Source: Deltaproteobacteria bacterium (GTDB taxonomy: Bacteria > Myxococcota_A > Polyangia > Polyangiales > Houyiibacteriaceae). Taken from it: 64,000 nt of DNA. Position 1 is the first letter of the stretch. Each line of letters opens with the position of its first letter. Location: the NCBI GenBank assembly GCA_034670305.1, contig JAXMNT010000040.1, forward strand, positions 12,480-76,479, in the 5' to 3' direction. The notes below the pieces were generated by a model. It searched no databases, was not told the DNA's origin, and saw only the letters and a list, made by a program, of their open reading frames with translations. The position numbers and the translations under genes are program-made. Of this stretch, positions 39,329 to 48,434 are shown in pieces.

Positions 39329-40657
39329 TCAGAACTCGAAGACGACCTGGCCGCCGGAATCTTGGCCGAGATCATCTCCGCCGCTGGCCACGACGGCGAT
39401 GGCGATCACCGCACCGAGGACGACCGCGCCACCGATGGCGGTCCAGAACCACCACTTCCCTGTGATGCTGTCGTTGTCGTTCTCTTCGGGCTCGGTCCCC
39501 ACGGGATCCACGACGATGTTGCCGATGATGTTCTCGTCGTCGCTGCCTTGGGCCTGCGGTCGCAAGATGTTCTCGATCGCAGCCTGGATGGAGCGCTGCA
39601 CGACCGGCTCGAGTTCACCGAGCGCACGCGGCGCCATCACTTCGCCGCGGAGCAGGCGCCGGCCGGTGGCGGCGTCGAACATCACGAGCTCGAGTTTCAC
39701 CGTGTCCTGCGAGTCGCCGTACGAGACGCGGATGACGCCGATCTTGTCGAGGTTGAGCGTCTGGGCGACCGTCGCGATCGGCCCGTCGCCTTCTTCGAGC
39801 TCATGTCCTGTGATTCCCCGAACCGCCTCGGCCAAGCCTTCGTTGCCCTCGATCTCCATCAGGAATGCGTTGACCGATGCGTCGGTGGACCGGCGGGTCA
39901 GGTTCACGTTCTCGATGTACGGCGTCGAGCCGGCGAGCGCTGTGCGCACGCTGTGTTCTCCACGAGCGAGGCCATCGATCGCGAGCGGGGTGAGACCGCG
40001 CGGGATGAAGTCCACGTACGCGACGGCCCCGGGCGGATCGCTCTCCACCGTGATCGTTCCGTCGGTGCGGCTCGGCGCCGCCGCTTCGTAGCGACTGACC
40101 ACGTCCGGCGGGAAGACCTCGGGGTCCGGGCGAATGTGCGGCATCTGAACGTGAAGCCGCTCGAAGGTCGTGCGGGCACCGCGGCTGTCGCCGTTGAAGG
40201 ACTGGGAGGCACCCAGGTAGAGAAGCGCGTCGCCTAGGTCGGAAGGATCTTCGAGCGCGCTCAAGGCCTGGTTGAAGTTCTCCACCGCGCCGGTGAGGTG
40301 CTGGGTCGCTTCGTCGAGGCGCAGCTCCAGGTACGCGGTCCGGCCTTCCTCGAGCTGCTCGCGCGCTTCACGCAGGCGTACGAGGGTGTTGTCGTCGTAG
40401 CCAAGGTACTGCTGATCCGCTGCCTGCCAGTCCGCGCCATCGACCCGCCGCATCGCAGCGCGCGCCGCGGCGCCGGCCCGGGCGGCCACCGCTTCGAGTT
40501 CGGGGTCGATGGCCGCGGCGACCACGTAGACCCGCTGCATCTGGACCGGCCCCTGTGCGCTCGCGCGCGGAGTGTCGACCGCACCCATCGAGAGTGCGAC
40601 CAAAACGGTCGCCACGAGCGGTCGGGGGAACGATCGAACAAACGTACGCGTCAACAT
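39329..40657 (-). CDS. Exported PEGA-domain protein with C-terminal membrane anchor
   Basis: Signal peptide, TPR-like helices, PEGA motif GTITVESDPPGAVAYVD..RGLTP, and KWWFW plus TM. Confidence 0.8.
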   Translation of the reverse strand: MLTRTFVRSFPRPLVATVLVALSMGAVDTPRASAQGPVQMQRVYVVAAAIDPELEAVAARAGAAARAAMRRVDGADWQAADQQYLGYDDNTLVRLREAREQLEEGRTAYLELRLDEATQHLTGAVENFNQALSALEDPSDLGDALLYLGASQSFNGDSRGARTTFERLHVQMPHIRPDPEVFPPDVVSRYEAAAPSRTDGTITVESDPPGAVAYVDFIPRGLTPLAIDGLARGEHSVRTALAGSTPYIENVNLTRRSTDASVNAFLMEIEGNEGLAEAVRGITGHELEEGDGPIATVAQTLNLDKIGVIRVSYGDSQDTVKLELVMFDAATGRRLLRGEVMAPRALGELEPVVQRSIQAAIENILRPQAQGSDDENIIGNIVVDPVGTEPEENDNDSITGKWWFWTAIGGAVVLGAVIAIAVVASGGDDLGQDSGGQVVFEF

Positions 40658-40709
40658 CGAGCCTCGTTGGGAGTGGTTCCCATGGGTGCAGTACAGGAGG
40701 CCGCGCAGA

Positions 40710-41081
40710 TCACGAAGCCCGTTCCAAGTCTCTCACGAGTTGGACCAATGCTGGGTCGTCCTCGAGCGTTGCGCGCAAATGCGCCTCGAGCTGTGCGCGG
40801 CCGCTTTCGTCGAGGAGCTGGGCCTCGGGGGCACTCAGCGCCGCCGCGATCACCCGCTCGAGCGCGGCCGCCGCATCGATCGCGCCCGACTTCAGATCCG
40901 CCGCGGTCTGAGAGACCGCATCGACGGACGCGGCAGACGAGGTCTGCTCGGCGGTGACGTCGCCGACTTGTTCCGCGGCCATCGACTCCGAGAACTCGGC
41001 GCCAGCCGGTTTGCCCGACGTCGCGGGGTCCGGGGCGCCCGGGGGTTTGGGGCCGCCAGGGGGTTTGATGGGAGAGGTCAT
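40710..41081 (-). CDS. Hypothetical protein
   Basis: GGAG RBS; Pro/Gly-rich N-terminus and helical C-terminus ending LEDDPALVQLVRDLE. Confidence 0.65.
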   Translation of the reverse strand: MTSPIKPPGGPKPPGAPDPATSGKPAGAEFSESMAAEQVGDVTAEQTSSAASVDAVSQTAADLKSGAIDAAAALERVIAAALSAPEAQLLDESGRAQLEAHLRATLEDDPALVQLVRDLERAS

Positions 41082-41139
41082 GATCGGGCTCCAGCGGAGG
41101 GTAACGAACCGGGGAAGCGCACCGCAAGATGCGCTTGCG

Positions 41140-41595
41140 TCATCGCACGTTGCCGATGACCGCCTTCGCGGTGTCGTGCCTCGCCTTCATCACGTTGGAA
41201 ACCGTCTGAAAGGAGCGCTGTTCCATGGCGATCTCCTGCTGAAGCACCAGCAGTTCCATGGAGCTGCTGGTGTGGGCCGCGAGCATGTCCGAGGACGAAG
41301 GGCCCCCGGTCCCGGGTCCGTTGAGCCCGCCGCCCGGGCCTTCGGGAGAGGTTCCGCCGGCCGAGGTGCTGGCGAGACTGGCGCTGCCGACCCCAGAACC
41401 CGAGCCGCTCGACCCTCCTCGGATGGCGGCGGTCAACGCCTGGCCGCCGGGCACCAAACCGGCGACCTGTTCGACCCCAGCCAGCAGCTGGCTCGCGCCG
41501 GAAGCGAGCGCGTCCCGAAATGCGTCCGATCCGGTGCGGGGTGTCTGACGGGGCTGGGTGGTTCGGGTGGTGAGTTCATCGGAGATGCGGGTCAT
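41140..41595 (-). CDS. Protein with T3SS needle/translocator-like C-terminal helix
   Basis: AGAAGG RBS; Gly/Ser linker, then ELLVLQQEIAMEQRSFQTVSNVMKARHDTAKAVIGNVR. Confidence 0.6.
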   Translation of the reverse strand: MTRISDELTTRTTQPRQTPRTGSDAFRDALASGASQLLAGVEQVAGLVPGGQALTAAIRGGSSGSGSGVGSASLASTSAGGTSPEGPGGGLNGPGTGGPSSSDMLAAHTSSSMELLVLQQEIAMEQRSFQTVSNVMKARHDTAKAVIGNVR

Positions 41596-41765
41596 GTCGT
41601 GCCTTCTTTCTGCGCTCCACGAAAGAGCGACCGTTGGCTTCCCTCCTCGGTGGCACGCTGGGCCGGTTGCGTCGTTTTCGTACTTTCGCCTCCGAGCCGC
41701 TCTGCCTTTTGTCGTCGCGGGCAAACGTGCAAGGATCTGGATGTGTCGAAACCGAGGACAGGGAC

Positions 41766-42344
41766 GTGAGTGTGGACCGAGCGGCGGCCGCCGCAGCGAT
41801 CGAGGCGTTCCTGACTGCGCTCGGACATCCACCGGACTCCGACCCCGAACTCGCAGAGACCGGCGTGCGGGTCGCGGAAGCGTTCGGCGAGGACCTGCTC
41901 GCGGGCTATCGGATGGATCCCGCGAAGATCCTCCGGGAGACCTGCGGGGTCGACGGCGACTCGGAAGGGCTCGTGGCGTTGTGCGACATTCAGACCACAA
42001 TCGTCTGCCCCCACCATCTGTTGCCGGCGACCGGGGCAGTGCACGTCGGGTACCTGCCCGGAGACAGCCTTGTCGGGCTGGGCGCGCTCGGTCGATTGGT
42101 CCAGTGCCACGCACGCCGGCTCGCGCTTCAAGAGGATGTTTGTAGAGACATCGCCCGGTCGCTCGTGCTCCACGCCGGGGCCCGCGCGGCGGCATGCACC
42201 GCAGATCTGGCACCCGCCTGCGTGCGTGCCCGAGGCGACCGCCAAGCCCACGCGCGCAGTGTGACGATGGCCTATGCCGGAGACGCGGACGAAGGGTTCC
42301 GCGCTGCCTGGCTCGCCCACCTCACGGTGCGATCGCATGCGTGA
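41766..42344 (+). CDS. folE: GTP cyclohydrolase I (FolE)-like protein, divergent
   Basis: ETGVRVA, CPHHLLP.TG.VHVGYLP, RRLALQE and CVRARG. Confidence 0.75.
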   Translation: MSVDRAAAAAAIEAFLTALGHPPDSDPELAETGVRVAEAFGEDLLAGYRMDPAKILRETCGVDGDSEGLVALCDIQTTIVCPHHLLPATGAVHVGYLPGDSLVGLGALGRLVQCHARRLALQEDVCRDIARSLVLHAGARAAACTADLAPACVRARGDRQAHARSVTMAYAGDADEGFRAAWLAHLTVRSHA

Positions 42345-42993
42345 TGTCCCAGCACTGACCGAGTCGGAGCTGGAGGCCCTGCCCATCTTCCCGCTCCCGC
42401 GCGTGGTCTTCTTTCCGGGCACGCTGTTGCCGCTTCACCTCTTCGAAGAGCGGTACCGCGATCTGGCGGAGTGGTGCACCACCCATGGACCGGCCGCGAT
42501 GGCGATCGCGTTGCTCGAGCCCGGCTACGAAGACGAGTACGAGGGGCGCCCCTCGATCCGGCCCGTCGCGGGCGCAGGCCGCATCGTCGCGCACGAACGC
42601 AACGACGACGGCACCCACGATCTGGTGCTGCACGGCGTCACCCGCGTCTCACTCGAAGAGTTCGGCACGGACCAATCCTTCCGGATCGGCAAGGCGACCG
42701 CGCTTCGATCCCACGAAGGCAGCCTGGGTCACCGCGACGTGACCACCCTGGTGACCTGTGCGACCCAGGTCGCACAAGTGGTGCGCCGGAAACATCCAGA
42801 CTTCTCACTCGGCGTCGGCGTGGCCGACCCGCCCGGCTTGGTCGCAGACACCATCGCCGATCGGTTCGTGGCGGATCCCGACAAACGCCAGGCGATCCTC
42901 GAGGCCCTCGACCTCGGCGAACGCGTGCACCTCGTCACCGACGCCGTCGGCGAGCTGCTCGCGATGCTCGCCAGCAACGACGTGAGTTCTTAA
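42337..42993 (+). CDS. LON peptidase substrate-binding (N-terminal) domain protein
   Basis: LPIFPLP..VFFPG..LPLHLFEERYR and KRQAILE...ER. Confidence 0.88.
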   Translation: MRDVPALTESELEALPIFPLPRVVFFPGTLLPLHLFEERYRDLAEWCTTHGPAAMAIALLEPGYEDEYEGRPSIRPVAGAGRIVAHERNDDGTHDLVLHGVTRVSLEEFGTDQSFRIGKATALRSHEGSLGHRDVTTLVTCATQVAQVVRRKHPDFSLGVGVADPPGLVADTIADRFVADPDKRQAILEALDLGERVHLVTDAVGELLAMLASNDVSS

Positions 42994-43034
42994 TTGGCGC
43001 TACGGGCCTGGCTCGCTTCGCGAGACTGGCGGCC

Positions 43035-43721
43035 CTAGCTCTTGCGGAGGGCGCTGAGGTCGATCGGTGCGGTCGGTGCCACGGCGTCCTCTTCGTCGTA
43101 GACGTGGCCCATGCGCGCACGTTTGGTCTCGAGGTAGCCGCGGTTGAGCGCGTGCGGTTCGATGAGGTGCGGCACCCGTCGCTCGACCAGGACACCTTCC
43201 GCACGAAGCTGCGTCACCTTGGAGGGGTTGTTCGTCATCAAGACGATCGACTTCACCCCGAGGTCCGCGAGCATGTCCGCCGCCATGTGGTAGCGGCGCA
43301 GGTCGTCGCCGAAACCGAGGACGCGGTTGGCGTCCACGGTGTCGTAGCCCTTCTGCTGCATCCCATACGCGCGGATCTTGTCGCCGAGACCGATGCCGCG
43401 CCCCTCCTGACGGAGGTAGAGCACGACGCCGCGGCCGGCCTTCGCGATGCGCCGCAGCGCGAGGTCGAGCTGTTCTCGGCAATCGCATTTGAGGGAATGA
43501 AGAACCTCCCCGGTGAGGCACTCGCTGTGCGCCCTCACCAGGATCTCTTCGCCTCCCCGAACGTCTCCGCAAACGATGGCGAGGTGCTCGGCGGCCACTC
43601 CCTCTTCACGGTAGCTCAGGACTCGGAACTCACCGTACTCGGTGGGCAGAAGGCACTCAGAGTAGCGTTGAACGTGTGGTGCGACCGGTAGTGGCAGCAC
43701 GTCGGAAGTTGATCTGCTCAT
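43035..43721 (-). CDS. ribA: GTP cyclohydrolase II
   Basis: LPTEYGEF, VRAHSECLTG, KCDCREQL, YLRQEGRGIGL, LMTNNPSK and YLETKR.RMGH. Confidence 0.95.
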   Translation of the reverse strand: MSRSTSDVLPLPVAPHVQRYSECLLPTEYGEFRVLSYREEGVAAEHLAIVCGDVRGGEEILVRAHSECLTGEVLHSLKCDCREQLDLALRRIAKAGRGVVLYLRQEGRGIGLGDKIRAYGMQQKGYDTVDANRVLGFGDDLRRYHMAADMLADLGVKSIVLMTNNPSKVTQLRAEGVLVERRVPHLIEPHALNRGYLETKRARMGHVYDEEDAVAPTAPIDLSALRKS

Positions 43722-43793
43722 CGACGGATAGTTCCCTCGGGTGTTGAGAGGGGGCGCCGGGCTGAAGGCTCTGGGAAGCCAGGTGGCTCGGAC

Positions 43794-43821
43794 AACCTAG
43801 GGGTTGTGGGGGCCTAGTCAA
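43794..43821 (-). promoter_or_regulatory. Probable sigma70-type promoter upstream of ribA
   Basis: Minus-strand TTGACT-N16-TAGGTT about 70 bp before the ribA start. Confidence 0.45.
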
Positions 43822-43918
43822 GACGGCCCAGTGAGCGATCCGTTACAGGGTTCCCCCCAGACAGCCGCTTTCAACGAGGGTTAAGGGGTCCGGCGGAGCC
43901 GCTGAAAACCGGCGCGGT

Positions 43919-44989
43919 TTACTCGCGGGAGGTGTCGTCGAGCATCGCCGCCCGTTGATGGGCGCGCAGGGCGTCGAGGATCTCGTCGAGCTCCCCGTCG
44001 ATGATCTTCTGCAGCGCGTGGCTGGTGAGGTTGATCCGGTGATCGGTGACGCGGCTCTGCGGGTAGTTGTAGGTGCGGATCTTCTCGCTCCGCTCTCCGG
44101 TGCCGACCATCGTGCGGCGCTCACCCTGGATCGACTCGTTCTGTTCTCGAATCGCTTCTTCCAACAGACGCGCTCGAAGGATCTGCATGGCCTTGGCCAT
44201 GTTCTGGTGCTGCGACCGTTCTTGTTCGGAGCGGATCTGGATGCCGCTCGGAATGTGCAGAAGGTTGATCGCGGAGTTGGTGGTGTTGACCTTCTGGCCA
44301 CCCGCGCCGCCGGCCGCGGTCTTGGTGATCTTCAGATCCTTGTCGTCGATCACCACGTCGACTTCGTCCGCCTCCGGAAGCACCGCGACGGTGGCGGTGG
44401 AGGTGTGGATGCGGCCCTGCGACTCGGTGCTCGGCACGCGCTGCACCCGGTGCACACCGCCTTCGAACCGGAGCCGCGAGAAGACCTTGTCTCCCCGCAC
44501 CAGCGCGATGACTTCTTTGAAGCCACCCGCGCTCGCCGCGCTCGAGCTCATGATCTCGACGCGCCAGCCCACCTTGTCCGCGTAGCGCTGGTACATGCGG
44601 AAGAGGTCCGCCGCGAAGAGCGCGGCTTCTTCGCCGCCCGTGCCCGCGCGGATCTCGAGGATGGTGTCTTTGGCGTCGTAGGGATCTTTGGGGAGCAGCA
44701 GAAGCTGGATCGCCTTCTCCAGCTCCGCCCTCTCCGCACGCAACTCCGGCAACTCGGCTTCGGCCAGCGCCCGCATCTCCGGATCGTCGAGCAGCTCTTC
44801 GCCATCCCGGATCTCGCTCTCGACCACCTGGTAACGATCGAACGCGGCCACGAGGTCTTCGAGCTCCGCACGCTCCTTCGTGAGCTTGGTCAGCCGGTCC
44901 GAGTCGGAGGTGATCTCCGGACGGCACAACATCTCTTCGATTTCTCGCCAGCGGGCGGCGAGCGACTCCAGCTTGTCGATGGGCAACAT
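43919..44989 (-). CDS. prfA: Peptide chain release factor 1
   Basis: EIRAGTGGEEA, VHRVQRVPSTE (PxT), GGQ and IRTYNYPQSRVTDHRI. Confidence 0.96.
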   Translation of the reverse strand: MLPIDKLESLAARWREIEEMLCRPEITSDSDRLTKLTKERAELEDLVAAFDRYQVVESEIRDGEELLDDPEMRALAEAELPELRAERAELEKAIQLLLLPKDPYDAKDTILEIRAGTGGEEAALFAADLFRMYQRYADKVGWRVEIMSSSAASAGGFKEVIALVRGDKVFSRLRFEGGVHRVQRVPSTESQGRIHTSTATVAVLPEADEVDVVIDDKDLKITKTAAGGAGGQKVNTTNSAINLLHIPSGIQIRSEQERSQHQNMAKAMQILRARLLEEAIREQNESIQGERRTMVGTGERSEKIRTYNYPQSRVTDHRINLTSHALQKIIDGELDEILDALRAHQRAAMLDDTSRE

Positions 44990-45001
44990 GGGCGGGTCTC
45001 T

Positions 45002-46024
45002 TCAGACCGAACGGAGCGTGGGAAGCGCCTCGACGAACCCGTCGAAGTTCGGAAACACGAGCGGCTCTTCGCCCTTCACTTCGGCGCCGGCGCGTTCGCG
45101 CCACGCGGCGGCTTCCATGGCGGTGATGGCGACTTCGATCTGGTCTTCATCCGGCTCGCGGGTGCTGATCTTCTGGAAGAGAAACCCCGGCCACAGAAGA
45201 AACTGGAGCGGGCCCGTGGTGCAGTAGCGGGCTGTGAAGCGCTGGAACTCGAACGAGATCGCGGCGATGACGGGGAGCAGACCGATGCGGAGCGCGAGCA
45301 ACTGAATCTGTCCGAGGAACCCTTCGGCGTTCGGCAGCAGCAACGGCGCAGCGATCGCACCGACGATGATCGAGACCATCACGACCACGACGAGGAACGT
45401 GGTGCCGCAACGCGGGTGCATGGTCGTCTGCGCTTTGACGTTCTCGACCGTCAGCGGCAGCTCGCGCTCGTAGGCGTTGATCGTCTTGTGTTCGGCGCCG
45501 TGGTACTGGAACACCCGCCGGATCTCGGGGATGCGGCCGATCAGGAGCAGGTAGCTCAAGACGATGAGCAGCTTGAACCCGCCGATGACGATGTGGAAGT
45601 TGGCTTCGCCAAGTCCGAAGTCGTGTCCGAAGAGTTTGCCCGAGCCGGCCGCCAAGAGCTGCGGGAGCGCGACGAAGAGGCCGAGCGCGAACATGGTGGA
45701 GAGCACCATCGCGAGGCGACCGCCGCCCGACTCCTTTTCCTTCTCTTCTTCCGTCATCTGCTGCTCCGCGCTGAACTGCAGCGCGCGGAACCCGATCTTC
45801 AACGACTCGACAAGCGTCGCGACTCCGCGAAGGCCTGGCATCTTCCAGAACTTCTTGTCGAACCGGGTCGAGTACGGCCCCTCTTGCACGATCAGCGAAC
45901 CGTCTGGGCGGCGAACCGCCACCGACAGCCCGTGCGGTGCCCGCATCATCACGCCTTCGATCACGGCCTGACCACCGATGTAGGGCGTCTTGGCGAGCAG
46001 GGAGAGCAGAGCGGCACGTTTCAT
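45002..46024 (-). CDS. DUF1385 family membrane protein
   Basis: IGGQAVIEGVMMR, FQYHGAEHK, HPRCGTTF and TREPD; upstream of prfA. Confidence 0.92.
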   Translation of the reverse strand: MKRAALLSLLAKTPYIGGQAVIEGVMMRAPHGLSVAVRRPDGSLIVQEGPYSTRFDKKFWKMPGLRGVATLVESLKIGFRALQFSAEQQMTEEEKEKESGGGRLAMVLSTMFALGLFVALPQLLAAGSGKLFGHDFGLGEANFHIVIGGFKLLIVLSYLLLIGRIPEIRRVFQYHGAEHKTINAYERELPLTVENVKAQTTMHPRCGTTFLVVVVMVSIIVGAIAAPLLLPNAEGFLGQIQLLALRIGLLPVIAAISFEFQRFTARYCTTGPLQFLLWPGFLFQKISTREPDEDQIEVAITAMEAAAWRERAGAEVKGEEPLVFPNFDGFVEALPTLRSV

Positions 46025-46199
46025 AGGGAACGGCGAGCATAGCCCCCATCCGGGCCACGTCGAGGGAGAGGGCGCTCGGGCGTGGGGGCCGGGTCCCCCG
46101 GGGACAAGGCTTGCCTGAACAGGCCAGGGGGGTAAGCCAGGGCTGTCGGAAAGTTGCCCTCGCCGGGGCAGGACTGGCAGAAGCAAGGGACTACGAGGA

Positions 46200-46481
46200 A
46201 TGGGACAGAAACGCATCCAGCTCATCGCACGCGGCCGCGTGCAGGGCGTCTTTTTCCGCGCCACCGCGCAGCGCGAGGCCCGTCAACTGGGCCTCACCGG
46301 ATGGGTCAAGAACCGTCCGGATGGCTCCGTCGAGATGGTGGTCGAGGGAGAAGAGGATGCGGTGAAGGACTTTCTCGCATGGGCACAACAGGGACCCACA
46401 ACGGCCCGCGTGGACAAACTCGAGACCCGATGGCGAAGTCATACCGGCGAATTCTCCGACTTCCGCATCGCCAAACCCTAG
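46200..46481 (+). CDS. acyP: Acylphosphatase
   Basis: GRVQGVFFR, GWVKNRPDGSVE and GP..ARV. Confidence 0.95.
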   Translation: MGQKRIQLIARGRVQGVFFRATAQREARQLGLTGWVKNRPDGSVEMVVEGEEDAVKDFLAWAQQGPTTARVDKLETRWRSHTGEFSDFRIAKP

Positions 46482-48430
46482 CGGCTTGGTGTGTGGCGTG
46501 GTCCGTCTGCTTCACGGCAGGCGTGCGCGCGCAGACGCCGGAAGGCACCGGCGACGGCTGGTCCCGTGACCGCATCGAAGCGCTCGCCGCCCGGCTGCGG
46601 AGCGACCGTGGCGAAGAGCGGGCGCGCACCATCGAAGCGCTCTTGCACCTGCCCGAAGAAGCCCTTGGAGCCATCCGTGCCCGCGTCGAGTACACCCGCC
46701 GGCAGATCGTCCCAGGCGAAGATGGCCTCGAAGCGCTGCGCTCGTTCCGCCACGCCACCGGCAGTCGTCGGGCCGACGACATGGTGGACATCGCGACCGG
46801 CATCGAGGCGGTGCTCGAAGAACGGCGGGACGACATCACCGCGCGGTCGGCCGAGCGGGTGCTGCTGATTCGGTCGCTCGAGGGCATCGGAACGCTCGAT
46901 GCCCAACGTTCGATCGCCGACATCTTCTCGCTCACGAACGAGATGTGGCGGTGGGAGCAGCGGCGGATCCTCGAACGGATGGGCGGGCGAATTCTCGCGG
47001 GGCTGATCGTGGCCCGCGGGCACGCGGACCGCGGCGTGCGGCGGTGGGCCCGCGAAGCCACCCGCACATTGAACATGGAGAACCCGGCGATGGCGCTCCA
47101 AGAGGAGACCGCGTCGATCCTGCAGGATCGGATCACCGCCTACGCCGAAGTGCGCGACCTGGACGCGATGCCGGTGATCATCTCCTTCGTCGACCACCCC
47201 GACCCGGGCGTGCGGGATGCCGCGCGCGCCGCGATGGAGCGCTACGGACGCAACGGGATCTGGCAGTTGCGCGAAGCGATGCAGAACACCCTCGGGGAGC
47301 GGGCGGACGAGAGCTGGGGATGGCGGCGCACCATGACCGCTCTCTACTCGAAGCTCGACGAGCGCCGGCTCGCGCCCTACGCGGCGCAGGTGGACGAAGC
47401 GCGCGCGTCGTTCGACGCAGGCGACCTCCCGGCGGCCCGTGCCACCCTCGACCAGTTGCTGCTCGATGCCCCCGAGCCGCCCCGCGCGGCGGACATCGCC
47501 GCGCTCTACGCGGAGATGTCTGCGTCCGTCGACGCGCCGGTGGAAGCGCGGCGGCTGATGCAGCGCGCGGTCTGGCTCGGCGTCGAGCACCCGCACGTTG
47601 GGCAGTGGCGCGCACAGCTCGTTCGCATGGACGCGGAAGTCGACCAGGCGCGCGGCCTCGTGGATCCGACCGCGCTCGGCATCGAACGCCCCCAAGACGC
47701 GTCTGTTGCGAGCGCGGAGGCCACCCATGAGAACGGTGTGGAGAGCAACGGAGGCGGGTACGTGTGGCTGCTCGCGCTGCTGGGCCTGGTCGGCCTTGGT
47801 GTGATCGGCTGGCGGACCGGCTACATCCACACCGCGGCGCGCATGGCCGGCGTTCGGCTCCCCCGATGGCGGCTGCCGCGCGTGCCGATGGGCTCGGTGC
47901 GGGTCGCTGCGCGTTCCCTGCTGAGCAAGCTCCGGCCGACGCCACGCCGCTCGGCGCGGACCAAGTTCATCCGTCCCACGACATGCGATGACGCGGGATC
48001 CGAAGCCAAGGTCTCGCCCAAGGTCCGCAAGAAGGCGGAGCCAGTGGGCGCCGCGTTCGTCTTCGGTGCCGAGCCGGCGAAAACGAAACCGACCCGTACG
48101 CCCGAGACCGCCTCGCGCCACGCGGACGACGAGGTGCTGCCCAGGAACACCGACCTCGGTGGGCTGATCCTGGGTGAACCAGACCGCGTGGACACCCCGC
48201 AGACCCCGCCAGAGGCATGCGCGCCCGCGGACGAGAAGAAGCGCCGCCGGAAGAAGCCGCTGCGGGGCCGGGCGGCGATCGGCCGTCGTTCGTCGGTCGG
48301 CCAGGACGCACCGATGCGGCTCGACGCGTGGATCCAAGGTGCAGGGCACGCGCCCGAACACGCGCCGGACACGCTGCCCGACCCCGCGGACACGGGCGAG
48401 CGCACGCTCCAAGACGCGCCCTTCCCGTAG
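46430..48430 (+). CDS. Exported HEAT-repeat protein with TM helix and disordered tail (start uncertain)
   Basis: Signal-like N-terminus, HEAT-like DHPDPGVRDAARAAM, TM YVWLLALLGLVGLGVIGW and Pro/Arg-rich tail. Confidence 0.65.
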   Translation: MAKSYRRILRLPHRQTLAAWCVAWSVCFTAGVRAQTPEGTGDGWSRDRIEALAARLRSDRGEERARTIEALLHLPEEALGAIRARVEYTRRQIVPGEDGLEALRSFRHATGSRRADDMVDIATGIEAVLEERRDDITARSAERVLLIRSLEGIGTLDAQRSIADIFSLTNEMWRWEQRRILERMGGRILAGLIVARGHADRGVRRWAREATRTLNMENPAMALQEETASILQDRITAYAEVRDLDAMPVIISFVDHPDPGVRDAARAAMERYGRNGIWQLREAMQNTLGERADESWGWRRTMTALYSKLDERRLAPYAAQVDEARASFDAGDLPAARATLDQLLLDAPEPPRAADIAALYAEMSASVDAPVEARRLMQRAVWLGVEHPHVGQWRAQLVRMDAEVDQARGLVDPTALGIERPQDASVASAEATHENGVESNGGGYVWLLALLGLVGLGVIGWRTGYIHTAARMAGVRLPRWRLPRVPMGSVRVAARSLLSKLRPTPRRSARTKFIRPTTCDDAGSEAKVSPKVRKKAEPVGAAFVFGAEPAKTKPTRTPETASRHADDEVLPRNTDLGGLILGEPDRVDTPQTPPEACAPADEKKRRRKKPLRGRAAIGRRSSVGQDAPMRLDAWIQGAGHAPEHAPDTLPDPADTGERTLQDAPFP

Positions 48431-48434
48431 GCGG

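Noticed and set aside
30336-43721. Bioluminescence (lux-rib) operon
   Set aside because: No luxA, luxB, luxD or luxG; ribA is about 9 kb away on the opposite strand with its own promoter-like motif.
43722-43918. FMN riboswitch upstream of ribA
   Set aside because: RFN consensus elements were not found on the minus strand.
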